A stretch of 61,664 nucleotides of DNA, the filler included, from Bradymonadales bacterium (GTDB taxonomy: Bacteria > Bdellovibrionota > UBA2394), in assembly GCA_007693605.1 (NCBI GenBank). It is 4 parts of 4 records of this genome, joined end to end, with 100 filler letters (N's around TTAATTAATTAA, not from the genome) between each part and the next. Parts side by side here need not be neighbours in the genome. Positions count along the whole stretch, not along the records: positions 1 to 25,016 come from REDG01000077.1; 3 more parts are not named here. The stretch is one strand, 5' to 3'. The notes below the pieces were generated by a model. That model did no database searches. It was not told where the DNA came from and was given only the letters and a program-made list of their open reading frames with translations. The position numbers and the translations under genes were made by a program. Positions 1-10,686 of the stretch are shown here, piece after piece. How positions within the stretch are numbered: position 1 is the stretch's first letter; each line of letters begins with the position of its first letter.

Positions 1-83
1 CAAATCATGTCGACCGAAGGTCGACCTGAATGAGGGGGCAGATGGGCCTTTAGCGAGGCTCCCCAGAAGGAGAGAATAGAAGA

Positions 84-2474
84 ATGCACTACAACCCCTT
101 AAGCATCGAGCCCAAATGGCAGAAGTATTGGGAAGATCACAAAACTCACCAAATGGACTACGAGCCTTCGAAGCCCAAATTCTATGCCCTCGATATGTTT
201 CCCTACCCAAGCGGCTCTGGGCTGCATGTTGGGCACCCTGAGGGCTATACGGCCACGGACATTGTTTCTCGATATAAAAAAATGCGGGGCTTTAGTGTAC
301 TTCACCCCATGGGCTTCGATGCCTTTGGGCTGCCAGCCGAGAACTACGCCCTTAAGACGGGAGTGCACCCGCGAATCACCACCGAGAAAAATATTGCCAC
401 CTTCAGACAGCAACTGAAACGGCTGGGCTTTTATTACGATTGGGATCGTGAAGTCGACACCACCGATCCAAACTACTATCGCTGGACGCAGTGGATCTTT
501 ACCCGACTCTATAAGCAGGGCCTCGCCTACCAAGCCGAGATGCCCGTCAATTGGTGCCCCGAGCTGAAGGCCGTGCTGGCCAATGAAGAAGTCGAGAATG
601 GGCTCTCTGTTGAGGGAAATCATCCGGTCATTCGCAAGAAAATGAAACAGTGGATCTTGAAAATTACGGCTTATGCCGACCGACTGCTTGAAGATCTAGA
701 CGAACTAGATTGGCCCGAAAGCATCAAAGAAATGCAGAGACATTGGATCGGGCGCTCTGAAGGGGCCGAGATTGAATTTGAAACCGAACTAGACGAGAGA
801 ATCAAAGTCTTTACGACCCGTCCCGACACGATTTTCGGGGCCAGTTTTCTAGTGCTCTCTCCTGAGCATCCGCTTGTTCCCCGACTGACCACAGAGTCGA
901 ATCAAAAACTAGTCGATGACTATTGTGTTCAAGCTCAAAAAAAGTCCGATCTAGATCGAACGGAGCTGAACAAAGAAAAGTCGGGGGTCTTCACAGGCTC
1001 TTACGCCACTCACCCCTTCACTCAAGAGAAGTTACCCATTTGGATTGCAGACTATGTACTCGCGCACTACGGCACGGGCGCCCTGATGTCGGTTCCCGCT
1101 CATGACGAAAGAGATTTTGAGTTTGCAAAAAAGTACGGCCTTCCGATCCTTAAAGTGATTGAGTGCGACGAACTCCCCTATACCGGAGACGGCAAGCACA
1201 TTCGATCGGATTTTATGGATGGCCTGGACATCAAAAAGGCCTCTCAGAAAGTTTGCGAAATCTTAGAAAGAGAGGCTCGAGGCAAGAAGACGATCACTTA
1301 TCGTCTTCGAGATTGGGTCTTCAGTCGGCAACGATATTGGGGGGAGCCAATTCCTATCCTGCATTTTGAAGATGGCAGCATGCGGGTGCTGGACGACGAC
1401 GAGCTTCCCCTCCTTCTACCAGAAGTTGAGAAGTATGAGCCCAGCGGAACGGGAGAAAGCCCTTTGTCCACCATTCGAGACTGGGTCGAGATCACCGACC
1501 CCAAGACAGGGAAAATGGCTTTCAGAGAAACGGATACCATGCCTCAATGGGCGGGCTCTTGCTGGTACTATCTGCGGTATATCGATCCGAAAAACTCGAA
1601 AGAAGCTTGGAGCCCTAAAATCGAAAAATACTTTATGCCCGTTGATCTGTATGTGGGTGGAGTCGAACACGCGGTGCTCCACCTTCTCTACTCTCGATTC
1701 TGGCACAAGGTCCTCTACGACTTGAAGCTCGTCAGCACTAAAGAGCCCTTTCAAAAGTTGGTGAATCAGGGTCTCATTCTTGGCGAAGACGGCGAAAAGA
1801 TGAGCAAGTCTCGAGGGAATGTGGTCAATCCTGATGACATTATTGATCAATACGGCGCGGACTCTCTTCGTCTCTATGAGATGTTCATGGGCCCTCTAGA
1901 GAAAACTAAACCCTGGTCCACTTCTAATATTGACGGGGTGTTTCGCTTCTTGGGTCGTGTTTGGCGAAGCTTCATTCACGAAGATAAAACCTCGTCTCGC
2001 AAGCCCAACAAAGAGGAGCTGCAGAAATTTCATCAGAGCCTGAAAAAAATCTCTGACGATATCGAAGCTCTTCGATTGAATACGGCGATATCTCAACTCA
2101 TGATCTTGCATAATTTTTTGACTGATCAAAAAGATATCCCTAAGTCGATCGCTCTTGATTTTGTCAAAATGCTCTCGCCCTTTGCTCCACATATTGCAGA
2201 AGAGATGTGGGAAAAAATGGGTGAAAAACCGAGCATTCTGCAGGCCTCTTGGCCAAAGCTCGACGAGACTTACCTTGAGGTTTCGGAACTAAACTACAGT
2301 ATTCAAGTGAACGGCAAGCTTCGAGGCAACCTTATGGCTTCTCCGAACATCCAAAAAGAAGAGCTAGAAGCTCTTGCCAGAAGAGACCAAAAGGTTGCTT
2401 CCTTTTTAAAGGGAGAAGTCGTTAAGGTTGTGTTTGTTCCAAAGAAGCTGATTAACTTTGTAGTGAAAGGATAA
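84..2474 (+). CDS. leuS: Leucine--tRNA ligase
   Basis: MFPYPSG, HIGH-like HVGH, editing domain TTRPDT...GTG, KMSKS motif; AGGAG upstream. Confidence 0.98.
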   Translation: MHYNPLSIEPKWQKYWEDHKTHQMDYEPSKPKFYALDMFPYPSGSGLHVGHPEGYTATDIVSRYKKMRGFSVLHPMGFDAFGLPAENYALKTGVHPRITTEKNIATFRQQLKRLGFYYDWDREVDTTDPNYYRWTQWIFTRLYKQGLAYQAEMPVNWCPELKAVLANEEVENGLSVEGNHPVIRKKMKQWILKITAYADRLLEDLDELDWPESIKEMQRHWIGRSEGAEIEFETELDERIKVFTTRPDTIFGASFLVLSPEHPLVPRLTTESNQKLVDDYCVQAQKKSDLDRTELNKEKSGVFTGSYATHPFTQEKLPIWIADYVLAHYGTGALMSVPAHDERDFEFAKKYGLPILKVIECDELPYTGDGKHIRSDFMDGLDIKKASQKVCEILEREARGKKTITYRLRDWVFSRQRYWGEPIPILHFEDGSMRVLDDDELPLLLPEVEKYEPSGTGESPLSTIRDWVEITDPKTGKMAFRETDTMPQWAGSCWYYLRYIDPKNSKEAWSPKIEKYFMPVDLYVGGVEHAVLHLLYSRFWHKVLYDLKLVSTKEPFQKLVNQGLILGEDGEKMSKSRGNVVNPDDIIDQYGADSLRLYEMFMGPLEKTKPWSTSNIDGVFRFLGRVWRSFIHEDKTSSRKPNKEELQKFHQSLKKISDDIEALRLNTAISQLMILHNFLTDQKDIPKSIALDFVKMLSPFAPHIAEEMWEKMGEKPSILQASWPKLDETYLEVSELNYSIQVNGKLRGNLMASPNIQKEELEALARRDQKVASFLKGEVVKVVFVPKKLINFVVKG

Positions 2475-2480
2475 AGTGAA

Positions 2481-3470
2481 ATGAGCCTTGAACTTCTGCA
2501 ACGCCCCAGACGCTTGCGACAAAACCCTCTGATTCGTTCACTTGCTCAAGAGACGGATCTTCGAGCTAAAAAATTTTTATTGCCGATATTCGTTTGTGAG
2601 GGAAACGGAATTGAAAAGGTCCACCCCAGCCTTTCGGGCTGTGTGACTCGAAGCCTAGATCGCCTCATCCCCTTTTTGAAGAACTTAGAGGCTCAAGGAG
2701 TCGGAGGCATACTTCTCTTTGGCGTCAGTCAGAAGAAAGATGAGGGCGGTTCGGAAGCGATCAGAAAAGACAATATTGTCGTCCGAAGTATTCGAGAAAT
2801 TAGAGAGAGCTGTCCGCAACTACTTGTCGGCACGGACATTGCTTTAGATCCCTATACCGATCATGGCCACGATGGAATTTATCGGAATGGTGTTGTTCTT
2901 AACGACGAATCGGTGCAGCGGCTTTGTGAGATGTCCTGCCTTCATGCCGAAGCGGGGGCCCATTTGCTTGCCCCATCAGACATGATGGATGGACGAATTC
3001 AAGAGATTCGAGAGAGCCTGGACGAAGAGGCTTATCAAAACACGCTATTGATGAGTTATACCGCAAAGTATGCCTCCTGCTTTTATGGACCCTTTCGAGA
3101 CAGTCTCGGGGCCAAAGTAGAAGGCAACAAGCGCTCCTATCAAATGAACCCCGCCAACCGAAAAGAGGCTTTACGAGAACTCGAGCTAGATCTTAGTGAG
3201 GGGGCTGATATCGTCATGGTCAAACCCGCCAGTCACTACCTGGATATCATCTCCGATTTTAAAGAGAGAAGCTTGATTCCTGTCGCCGCCTACCAAGTGA
3301 GCGGCGAGTGCGCCATGATCGAGCTGGGGGCCAAGCAGGGCTTATTTGATCGAGATCATGCAATTTATGAATCTTGTCTTTCGATCAGCCGAGCGGGGGC
3401 CGACTTGATTGCCAGCTATTTTGCTTCTGAAATTCCAAGGATTCTTGCCAAAATGGACCTCATTCAATGA
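2481..3470 (+). CDS. hemB: Porphobilinogen synthase (ALA dehydratase), Asp-rich non-Zn type
   Basis: RPRRLR, DIALDPYTDHGHDG, APSDMMDGR, KYAS.FYGPFR, VMVKPA, AYQVSGE. Confidence 0.97.
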   Translation: MSLELLQRPRRLRQNPLIRSLAQETDLRAKKFLLPIFVCEGNGIEKVHPSLSGCVTRSLDRLIPFLKNLEAQGVGGILLFGVSQKKDEGGSEAIRKDNIVVRSIREIRESCPQLLVGTDIALDPYTDHGHDGIYRNGVVLNDESVQRLCEMSCLHAEAGAHLLAPSDMMDGRIQEIRESLDEEAYQNTLLMSYTAKYASCFYGPFRDSLGAKVEGNKRSYQMNPANRKEALRELELDLSEGADIVMVKPASHYLDIISDFKERSLIPVAAYQVSGECAMIELGAKQGLFDRDHAIYESCLSISRAGADLIASYFASEIPRILAKMDLIQ

Positions 3471-3484
3471 AAGGGGGGAAACAA

Positions 3485-4144
3485 ATGCCACTAGCCGTTG
3501 TCACCGGAGCCAACCGAGGCATCGGATTGGAACTAGTCAAAAAGTTGAAGACAGATTTTTCAGTCCTTGCTTGTTGTAGGAAGGCCAGCCCAGAGCTGAG
3601 ACAGCTTGAGGCTCAAGTGCTTGAGGAGATTGAGGTCACCAAAGAAGAGGCTAAAGAGCGAATTGTTAGAGCGCTTGAAGGCCGTGAAATTGATCTTCTG
3701 ATTCAAAATGCGGGGATTTTCAGAAAGACCAGTCTGGAAGAATTGAATCTGGATGGCATTCGAGAGCAATTCGAAGTCAATGCACTGGCCCCTCTTCGCC
3801 TGACAAAAGATCTTTTGCCTTCGATGAATAAAAATTCCAAAGTGATCTTTATCACCAGCCGAATGGGCAGCATTGAAGACAATAGCAGTGGAGGATCTTA
3901 CGGCTACCGAATGTCTAAGTCTGCTTTGAATATGGCAGCGCGATCACTCTCGCATGACCTCCGAGATCAAAAGATCTCCGTCGCAACGATCCACCCCGGA
4001 TTCGTTCGAACCGATATGACCGATGGAGCTGGCAATCTGGAGGCCGGCGAAGCCGCAGAGGCAATTCTTCAGGTCATCAAAGGGCTCGGTCTCTCCACAA
4101 GCGGCCGCTTTTGGCACTCCAACGGAGAAGAGCTTCCTTGGTGA
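3485..4144 (+). CDS. SDR family oxidoreductase (CsgA/C-factor-like)
   Basis: TGANRGIG, NAG, SRMGS, YRMSK, HPGFVRTDM; start moved from 3467 to ATG 3485 behind a G-rich SD. Confidence 0.9.
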   Translation: MPLAVVTGANRGIGLELVKKLKTDFSVLACCRKASPELRQLEAQVLEEIEVTKEEAKERIVRALEGREIDLLIQNAGIFRKTSLEELNLDGIREQFEVNALAPLRLTKDLLPSMNKNSKVIFITSRMGSIEDNSSGGSYGYRMSKSALNMAARSLSHDLRDQKISVATIHPGFVRTDMTDGAGNLEAGEAAEAILQVIKGLGLSTSGRFWHSNGEELPW

Positions 4145-4171
4145 AGTTTGATTTTTTCAACTCATGTAAGT

Positions 4172-4208
4172 GGCAGCCCCCTCATCATAGGGGCGAACTG
4201 CCTATTTC
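4172..4208 (+). terminator. Possible intrinsic terminator hairpin after leuS-hemB-SDR
   Basis: GGCAG-CCCCCT-catcat-AGGGG-cgaa-CTGCC followed by TATTT; the U-tract is weak. Confidence 0.35.
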
Positions 4209-4304
4209 CCGATTCTGTTGGTCACTGGAATAAATGTGAGCAATATCTGGCGTTTAGGTAACCTACCGACCGGCCCGGCACAGAACACCAGGAACAAAGC
4301 CTCC

Positions 4305-4352
4305 GACCAAATTCGCGTCGGACACGAAAATGGTCTTGACCAAATTCGCGTC
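4305..4352. repeat. 15-bp direct repeat GACCAAATTCGCGTC, two copies, 33-bp period
   Basis: Exact copies at 4305-4319 and 4338-4352. Confidence 0.85.
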
Positions 4353-4592
4353 TACAACCACAAGTCTTTGGATCGTCGAATCGCCCAAGAAATACAGCTC
4401 TGAAGAAATCGGATTCCCAACCGCAACAATCCCGCTCGACCTGAAAAATCGAATCAGCAGCTCTCCTAGTTCAAAATCGGCTCAAATCGGCCAAAAAACT
4501 TAAAACTCAGGAACAAATGATCGAGAAGACAGACTAGGCTCACTGACGCACCATCGGACTCTGAACAATAGTGTTTAAACTTCTTAACCCTC

Positions 4593-5204
4593 CTATAGAG
4601 CTTTCTTGCTGAGAACTTCTCCCGAAGAAGAGATTTCATAGAGATAGGGGCGGCCTGTTTCAATTTCTAACTTTAGGATTTCTTCAGGGCTCAAGCCCTC
4701 TAAATCCATCACAATCGCTCGAATCGAATTGCCATGTGCAGCCACCAAGACATTCTCGCCCTTCATGCAGGACTTCAAAATATACTCCTTGAAGTAAGGC
4801 AGACTCCGTTTGGCCGTATCGGCCAAACACTCTCCTCCAGGCGGGGGCACATCAAAACTTCGTCGCCAGAGATGAACCTGCTCCTGCCCATATTTCTTTC
4901 TGGTCTCATCTTTATCTAAACCCTGAAGCTCGCCATAGTGTCGCTCGTTCAAGGCTGAGTCCTCCCAAATCGCTGGCCTCTGTTTGACTTCATCTAGAAC
5001 AATGTCGAGAGTCTTCTTGGCGCGCAGCAAGCGAGAGGTGTGCGCACTGACCCATTTCATTCCGAGTCCACTAATGAGTCGGCCCGCCTCTTTTGCTTCC
5101 TTCTCACCCTGCGGACTCAGATCAACATCCACCCAGCCAGTAAATCGATTCTCTAAGTTCCATTGCGACTGACCATGCCTCACCAAAATCAATACACCAC
5201 TCAT
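4593..5204 (-). CDS. gpmA: 2,3-bisphosphoglycerate-dependent phosphoglycerate mutase
   Basis: LVRHGQSQWNLENRFTGWVD, LNERHYGELQG, AAHGNS. Confidence 0.95.
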   Translation of the reverse strand: MSGVLILVRHGQSQWNLENRFTGWVDVDLSPQGEKEAKEAGRLISGLGMKWVSAHTSRLLRAKKTLDIVLDEVKQRPAIWEDSALNERHYGELQGLDKDETRKKYGQEQVHLWRRSFDVPPPGGECLADTAKRSLPYFKEYILKSCMKGENVLVAAHGNSIRAIVMDLEGLSPEEILKLEIETGRPYLYEISSSGEVLSKKAL

Positions 5205-7772
5205 TTAAACCCCTGCTTTCTGCATTTTCTTCGAACTCAAGAGAGACGGAAGTAGCGTCAAGCTACAAAGCATGACAATCAATGTGCCAAGTGTCAAAAC
5301 AAGGCCCATACTCGCCGTGCCTGGGTGGGAAGATATCGAGAGAGTCCCAAAACTGACCACCGTCGTGATTGAACTAAAAAAGACTGCTCTTGAGCTTGAA
5401 CCAAGTCTGCCGACACCCTCTGCGTTCTGACTCTTTCGATATCTCTGTAAGATGTGAACGCCACTATCCACCCCGATTCCGATCAAAAGAGGCAGAACGA
5501 TCACATTGGCGTAGTTGAATGATACCCCAATCAAGGTCATCAGCGCCTTCAAGGCGGCCCCCGCAACCACCAAAGGAATCAAAATCAAAAAACTATCCCG
5601 AATGCTCCTCGTCATCAGAAACAAAAGTAGAACCACCAAGATTGCAGCCAAAAAGCTAGCCTGTTGAAAAGCTTGCACAACTGCGTCTCCTGTAAAACTC
5701 AATGTCACCGGGTCATCGGTGGCTGTCGGCTCGACCGACAAAACCTCTTCGGCAAAAAACCGCATTTGCCGAAGATCAAGCATATTGGCTCTAGGAAAAA
5801 CCTCCACCCGATAGAGCCCCGATTCAGAGATCCACCGACTCTTGATCTCTGGGGCCAGAGTTTCCAGACTAGGCCTTTCCTCAGGAATAAGGTCTTGAGT
5901 CTCTTTCAGGAAGCTCAAACTGGGATCCACAAAGCCCCTGCGAAGATAGCTTAGACCCTCCCTCTTGCTTTCGTCATTCTCTCCCGATCGCTCAATAAAT
6001 GACTCCGTGGCCTCAAAGAGATCCCGCCTGGGATCTGGCTTGTGATCCAAGCTCCTGCCCTCAACTCCTTCTTGTAGGTTCGAGCGAAATCCCAACAAGG
6101 CCCTCCACTCTAAGCCCTGCGCGTCCTCGACCGATTGATTCGGAATCGCCATATCCCTGAACGATCCAAAAACCTCCCATTCTGAATCGGACAGGCTTGG
6201 AACAAAATCAAGGATGGACAGCGCTCGATCGACGGAACTGAGTTGAGCCAACCTCTCCTTCGTTCTTTGAATCTCTCCGACAGAGGGTTTTAAAAGCTTG
6301 ATGGTCCAAGGAGAAGTTTCAGAAGACTCCATCAATCGCAAATAGCTCTGATAGGCCTCAGTATCTGGGTTCTGAAGATTGAGAGGGTTTCGATCGAAGT
6401 CAATCTGCAGAGTAAGCGGAAGACTTGCGATCAAGATGACCAAAGCCCCTAGTTTTATGCGGCCAGGAAATCTAAAGGAAGTGTCTGAGATCCAAGACTC
6501 AAACTTCGCAGGCAACTCTTTGGCCAGGTCCCCCGTCAAAGGAAAAAGAGAAAGCATTGAAGGAAAGAAGAACAAGTGAACAAAAAGATTGATAAACATC
6601 CCCACTCCGGCAATCAATCCAAGCTCTGAGACTCCTTGGTAGGCTGTGGGAACAAACGCAAAAAATGCCGCTGCCGTGGTAATACTACACAGAATCAAGC
6701 TCACTCCCAGCTCTCGAAAGCTGAGCCGAATGGCTTCTTCACCACTCAAACCAGAGATCAAGGCCTCTCGATATCGAAGCGCCAAATGAATGCTGTAATC
6801 GACCCCTAAACCGATAAACAAAACGGCGAAAGCCACTGAAATCATATTTAAATGTCCGATCGAGAGAGTGGCAAAGCCAGCCGTCAAACTCAACCCCACT
6901 AACAAGTTAAGAATCGTCGAAAAAATGAGGCGGCCAGACCTAAAAGCCCAAAACAGAACCAGACTCACAAGAATGAGGGATAGGATTCCTGCCAGCAGAG
7001 CCCCCTCTGAAACCGTGCGCATTTCTTCGAATGAAAGCGCGGCCAAACCGGTGATCTGAAATCCTTCACCCCTCGATTGAAATTCTTCTCGGATCTCCCT
7101 CAACCGAAGCATCGCGGGCTCTGAGGGCAGCAAGGCTCCGTAGTCCAAAACTGGAGACACCTCGATAAACTGGCGAAGGCCTGAATCTGAAGCGGGCAGA
7201 AGAAAGTCAAACTTCAACTCATGTTGATTGAGAAACATGACATCGGCCATTTCTCTTTCCAAAGGAGAAAGCGCTCCAACTTCTTGCAACTGACTAACTC
7301 CCATAAAGAATCTGGGCAGGCTCGGTCGCTGTGTGAATTGATGCACAGTCTGCTGAAGACTGAGAGGGTTCATCTCTCCGCCCCCAAAAAGAGGTTCTGA
7401 CAAAAGACCCAGACTCGCCAAATGAGGCCCCCCATTGAGTCGAGAGACATTCTGAAAGACATCAGGATTTTCATTGAGTGTGTCAAAAAGCTCAGAGGCC
7501 CTCTGATTAAGCTCCCGAAAGTTTCCCCCCTCTATCACCAAAACGAAGGTTTCGGTTAGATGAGGAAACTCGGCCTTATACTCAACCCAGCGCTTATGAA
7601 AATCAAGACGGTCGGAGATCATATCTGCCAGATCGGTGTTTAGACCAAGCCGAGTCACCGCCAACCAAATGCAGACAGCGCTCAGAAGAAAACAACTTAG
7701 AACAACCGCCCAAGGAGCTCGAAATGAAACTCGAAGCGCAAAATCAACGAACTTTTGAAACTTGGACATCAT
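5205..7772 (-). CDS. hpnN: MMPL/RND transporter, hopanoid-associated HpnN-like
   Basis: Two RND TM modules with GLGVDYSIH and GIGVDSGVH; LNTDLADMIS, HLNMISVAFAVLFIG, DRNPLNLQNP and SSHPGTASMG resemble HpnN. Confidence 0.75.
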   Translation of the reverse strand: MMSKFQKFVDFALRVSFRAPWAVVLSCFLLSAVCIWLAVTRLGLNTDLADMISDRLDFHKRWVEYKAEFPHLTETFVLVIEGGNFRELNQRASELFDTLNENPDVFQNVSRLNGGPHLASLGLLSEPLFGGGEMNPLSLQQTVHQFTQRPSLPRFFMGVSQLQEVGALSPLEREMADVMFLNQHELKFDFLLPASDSGLRQFIEVSPVLDYGALLPSEPAMLRLREIREEFQSRGEGFQITGLAALSFEEMRTVSEGALLAGILSLILVSLVLFWAFRSGRLIFSTILNLLVGLSLTAGFATLSIGHLNMISVAFAVLFIGLGVDYSIHLALRYREALISGLSGEEAIRLSFRELGVSLILCSITTAAAFFAFVPTAYQGVSELGLIAGVGMFINLFVHLFFFPSMLSLFPLTGDLAKELPAKFESWISDTSFRFPGRIKLGALVILIASLPLTLQIDFDRNPLNLQNPDTEAYQSYLRLMESSETSPWTIKLLKPSVGEIQRTKERLAQLSSVDRALSILDFVPSLSDSEWEVFGSFRDMAIPNQSVEDAQGLEWRALLGFRSNLQEGVEGRSLDHKPDPRRDLFEATESFIERSGENDESKREGLSYLRRGFVDPSLSFLKETQDLIPEERPSLETLAPEIKSRWISESGLYRVEVFPRANMLDLRQMRFFAEEVLSVEPTATDDPVTLSFTGDAVVQAFQQASFLAAILVVLLLFLMTRSIRDSFLILIPLVVAGAALKALMTLIGVSFNYANVIVLPLLIGIGVDSGVHILQRYRKSQNAEGVGRLGSSSRAVFFSSITTVVSFGTLSISSHPGTASMGLVLTLGTLIVMLCSLTLLPSLLSSKKMQKAGV

Positions 7773-8946
7773 AAGAATTTTGCCTCGTTAAAAGATTAAA
7801 CCTCCAAGACCAAATCAAACAGACCGAAATGATTAAGATTGTGGCGACTAGAAACGGAAGCCGGTTCTGTGCCTCATAGCCCAAACCCGCCAAAATAGGA
7901 GCGGTCGCTCTCGCGATACTTCCGCCGGAATGATAAATGCCAAGCGTCGCCCCCTGCTCTTGATCAGAAACACTTTTAGACAACATAGAAGTCAAACAGG
8001 GGTTTGAAAAGCTATAGCCCACTGCTAACACGCTCAAGCTCGCCAGCAACTGCCAAACAGACTCACTCAACACGATGCCCCCCAGCCCCAAGGACATCAT
8101 GATCGCGCCCGCTAGAAAAAGCCTGGGTTCGCCCAGTCGGGCGACCATTGGTCCAACCGCCAAACCTTGAACGAAGGCCATGACAATTCCAAAACCCGCC
8201 AACAACAAGACCGCTTGACTCTCCAGAAATGAAAAGACATCCACCACAAACATGGCAATCGTGACTTCGAGCTGTACGAAAGCAAATGTCATCAAAAAGA
8301 AAACAAAAATGATCGAAATCGTGACGGGACGATAGAGGAGATCTTGAAAGCTTTTCCAAGTCCAGCGACTTCGTCTTCGCTCTCTCTCGGCTTCTGTACG
8401 ATGAGGTTCTTTCAGATACAAAAAGGCTCCAATCAAATTAATGAAGCTCAAACTTGCGGCAACGAGCGAGGGGGCCGCATAACCCAAGGGCAAGACAAGC
8501 GCACTAATGGCGGGCCCCAGGGTAAAGCCCAAGCCAAAGGCGGCCCCGATCAATCCCATCCCCTTGGCTCTTGTCTCTCGTGTGGTGATATCCGCCATAT
8601 AAGCAGAGGCGGTGGAGATATTCCCGGCAAACATCCCCGCCAACAACCTTGAAGCAAAAAGAAGGCCGTAGTTCCAAGCGAAGGCGGCCAACAGAAAAGA
8701 CAGGCCCTGCCCTAAAATAGTAATCAAGAGAACGGGGCGCCGCCCAAAGCGGTCCGAAAGCTTGCCCCAGATGGGGGCCGCAAAAATCTGACAGACTGAA
8801 TAAATCGACATCAGCAAGCCAAGCTCAAAGGCCCCCCATCCAAAATGCCGTACATAAAACGGAAGCATGGGGATGAGAATCCCGAAGCCTAACAAATCAA
8901 TGAAAACAACAAGAGAAATCTGAAGTCGGGGGCGCCGAGAATCCAC
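7744..8946 (-). CDS. MFS transporter, DHA1/TetA-like
   Basis: DLLGFGILIP, motif A GKLSDRFGRRP, antiporter motif GAAFGLGFTLGPAI; about 12 hydrophobic segments. Confidence 0.9.
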   Translation of the reverse strand: MDSRRPRLQISLVVFIDLLGFGILIPMLPFYVRHFGWGAFELGLLMSIYSVCQIFAAPIWGKLSDRFGRRPVLLITILGQGLSFLLAAFAWNYGLLFASRLLAGMFAGNISTASAYMADITTRETRAKGMGLIGAAFGLGFTLGPAISALVLPLGYAAPSLVAASLSFINLIGAFLYLKEPHRTEAERERRRSRWTWKSFQDLLYRPVTISIIFVFFLMTFAFVQLEVTIAMFVVDVFSFLESQAVLLLAGFGIVMAFVQGLAVGPMVARLGEPRLFLAGAIMMSLGLGGIVLSESVWQLLASLSVLAVGYSFSNPCLTSMLSKSVSDQEQGATLGIYHSGGSIARATAPILAGLGYEAQNRLPFLVATILIISVCLIWSWRFNLLTRQNSYDVQVSKVR

Positions 8947-8952
8947 GACCCA

Positions 8953-9828
8953 CTAAACAAAAAATCGCACGGCACCGTCAATGGCTACCGCAATAAAGAA
9001 TAGGAATAGATAAAGAATGGAGATATAAAACAAGCGCATATAGGCTTGCTTGGACTTTTCTTTGACACAAGCCCTGAGCGTCGCCCTCATATACCAGATC
9101 CAGAAAGCAAGGTTTGGTAACAAAAACCACAGGGAAACCCAACCCGCCCAATAGGGAAGCAGTGTCAGAGGAAGTAAGCTGATCGTATAGGCGATGATCT
9201 CCCAACGAGTTCTATTTTCTCCCAGCACACAAGGAAGCATCGGTACAGAGACTTTTGAATAATCATCCTTGATCGCTAGAGCAAGGGCCCAAAAATGAGC
9301 GGGGGTCCACATGAATATCAAAGCGAACATCAGCCAAGCATAGCCTGAAATCTGGCCCTCTACAGCGGCCCAGGCGATGATAGGCCCAGCCGCACCCGCT
9401 GCGCCCCCGATCACAATATTGTAGTAATGTCGTCTCTTTAGAATGAGAGTATAGACCAAGGTATAAAAAAGAATGGTCGACGCTGACACAAGGGCCGCAA
9501 GAAGATTCCAAAAGATCCAGAGATAAGCCGTCGACAGAGCCCCCAAAAGACTGGCAAACACAAAGGCTCCGAGAGGACTAATCTGGCCCAAGGGTAGCGG
9601 CCGCTTAACCCGAGTTCGATCCATCACCGAATCAATGTCTCGATCGAGATACTGATTGAAGGCATTCGCAGAGCCTGCAGCCAAACCAATGGCGGCCACA
9701 ATCAAGATCGCCTGTAGAGGAGAAGCGAAAAGAAAACCCTCAGCGGCTAGGGCGGCCAAAGCCGTCACCACAACCAGAATCACAATGGTAGGCTTTGTCA
9801 GTTGAATGTAGTGGGTCGCTCTTGTCAT
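8953..9828 (-). CDS. ctaB: Protoheme IX farnesyltransferase (heme o synthase)
   Basis: LTKP, NQYLDRDIDSVMDRT..RPLP, NIVIGGAAGA, WTPAHFWAL. Confidence 0.96.
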   Translation of the reverse strand: MTRATHYIQLTKPTIVILVVVTALAALAAEGFLFASPLQAILIVAAIGLAAGSANAFNQYLDRDIDSVMDRTRVKRPLPLGQISPLGAFVFASLLGALSTAYLWIFWNLLAALVSASTILFYTLVYTLILKRRHYYNIVIGGAAGAAGPIIAWAAVEGQISGYAWLMFALIFMWTPAHFWALALAIKDDYSKVSVPMLPCVLGENRTRWEIIAYTISLLPLTLLPYWAGWVSLWFLLPNLAFWIWYMRATLRACVKEKSKQAYMRLFYISILYLFLFFIAVAIDGAVRFFV

Positions 9829-9894
9829 GAATCCTCAAAATCAGCGCTCCCAATGCCTATCCAAGGGGGAGTCGCTTGTAAAGCTCTGCTAGAA

Positions 9895-10674
9895 CTATCT
9901 CAAAATATAGCGCTCAATGGCAAAATCTACGGGAATTGTTGCGCGCTCTTCTTCGCCCGAACCTAGGCCCCCGTCTGCCAAACTCGGATCAATTCCAAAC
10001 CGAGCGAGGCTCTCTGCATCATCCGCAGGAGGTTCGGGGCCAAAATCTAAAACAAAATGAGAAACTGCCCAACGGGCTGCGACTGAAATCGTTGGATAAG
10101 CGGGCATGGCGCCCAAGCCTTCCATCAATGTCTTGTAAACATCCGACGGTCGCCGTCCGTTCTTCCAGCCTTCCCCATCGTGAAAGCTTCGAGCACCAAT
10201 GGCAATTCCGGCGATCCCGTCTCCAAAGCCCTCATCCCCGTGACAGGTGTGGCAGGCTTGATCAAAGTAGACCTCGCGACCATAAGCCAGGATCTCCTCA
10301 CTCACTTCCCAGGGTCTCTCAAAGCTTGGGCCGCCCGTGACCTCAGCAAAGAAGCTCTGACCTCGAGGTGGCATCTGACTCGACGGGCGTGCAAAAAAAT
10401 CGACCGCCACAAAAAACACAAACAATCCAAAGAAGGCGAAGCCACTGAAGAAAATCGCACGATTCTGATTGTCGTCGTACTTCAAGCCCATAAAGTAGAG
10501 CATCACGGCCATGGCCTTGGCGCTCGCAATCAACATCGCAATAGGAAAATTCAGAGCTCCAAAATCAAAGCGAGCAATAAAAACAGTTAAAAAGGTAAAA
10601 ACAAATAGGAACAACAAGACCTTCAAGCTTGTGGAGTTCGCTAGAATGTGATGATGGTGTTGATCCTTCGACAT
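9895..10674 (-). CDS. caa3 oxidase subunit IV fused to a C-terminal monoheme cytochrome c
   Basis: N-terminal 3 TM with IASAKAMAVMLYFMGLKYD (subunit IV-like); C-terminal CHTCH and GAMP. Confidence 0.85.
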   Translation of the reverse strand: MSKDQHHHHILANSTSLKVLLFLFVFTFLTVFIARFDFGALNFPIAMLIASAKAMAVMLYFMGLKYDDNQNRAIFFSGFAFFGLFVFFVAVDFFARPSSQMPPRGQSFFAEVTGGPSFERPWEVSEEILAYGREVYFDQACHTCHGDEGFGDGIAGIAIGARSFHDGEGWKNGRRPSDVYKTLMEGLGAMPAYPTISVAARWAVSHFVLDFGPEPPADDAESLARFGIDPSLADGGLGSGEEERATIPVDFAIERYILR

Positions 10675-10686
10675 CTTGCCTCCGAG

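Noticed and set aside
9..25. Hairpin GTCGACC-GAA-GGTCGAC upstream of leuS as part of a T-box or attenuator
   Set aside because: No T-box consensus visible and the upstream context is cut by the window edge
4172..4202. Resemblance to a fluoride riboswitch
   Set aside because: Conserved elements are not in the right order and the site lies between convergent genes
4305..4352. CRISPR-like repeat
   Set aside because: Only two 15-bp copies with an 18-bp spacer, and no cas genes in the window
7744..8946. Calling the MFS a tetracycline resistance gene
   Set aside because: DHA1 motifs do not define substrate; no tetR or mobile context
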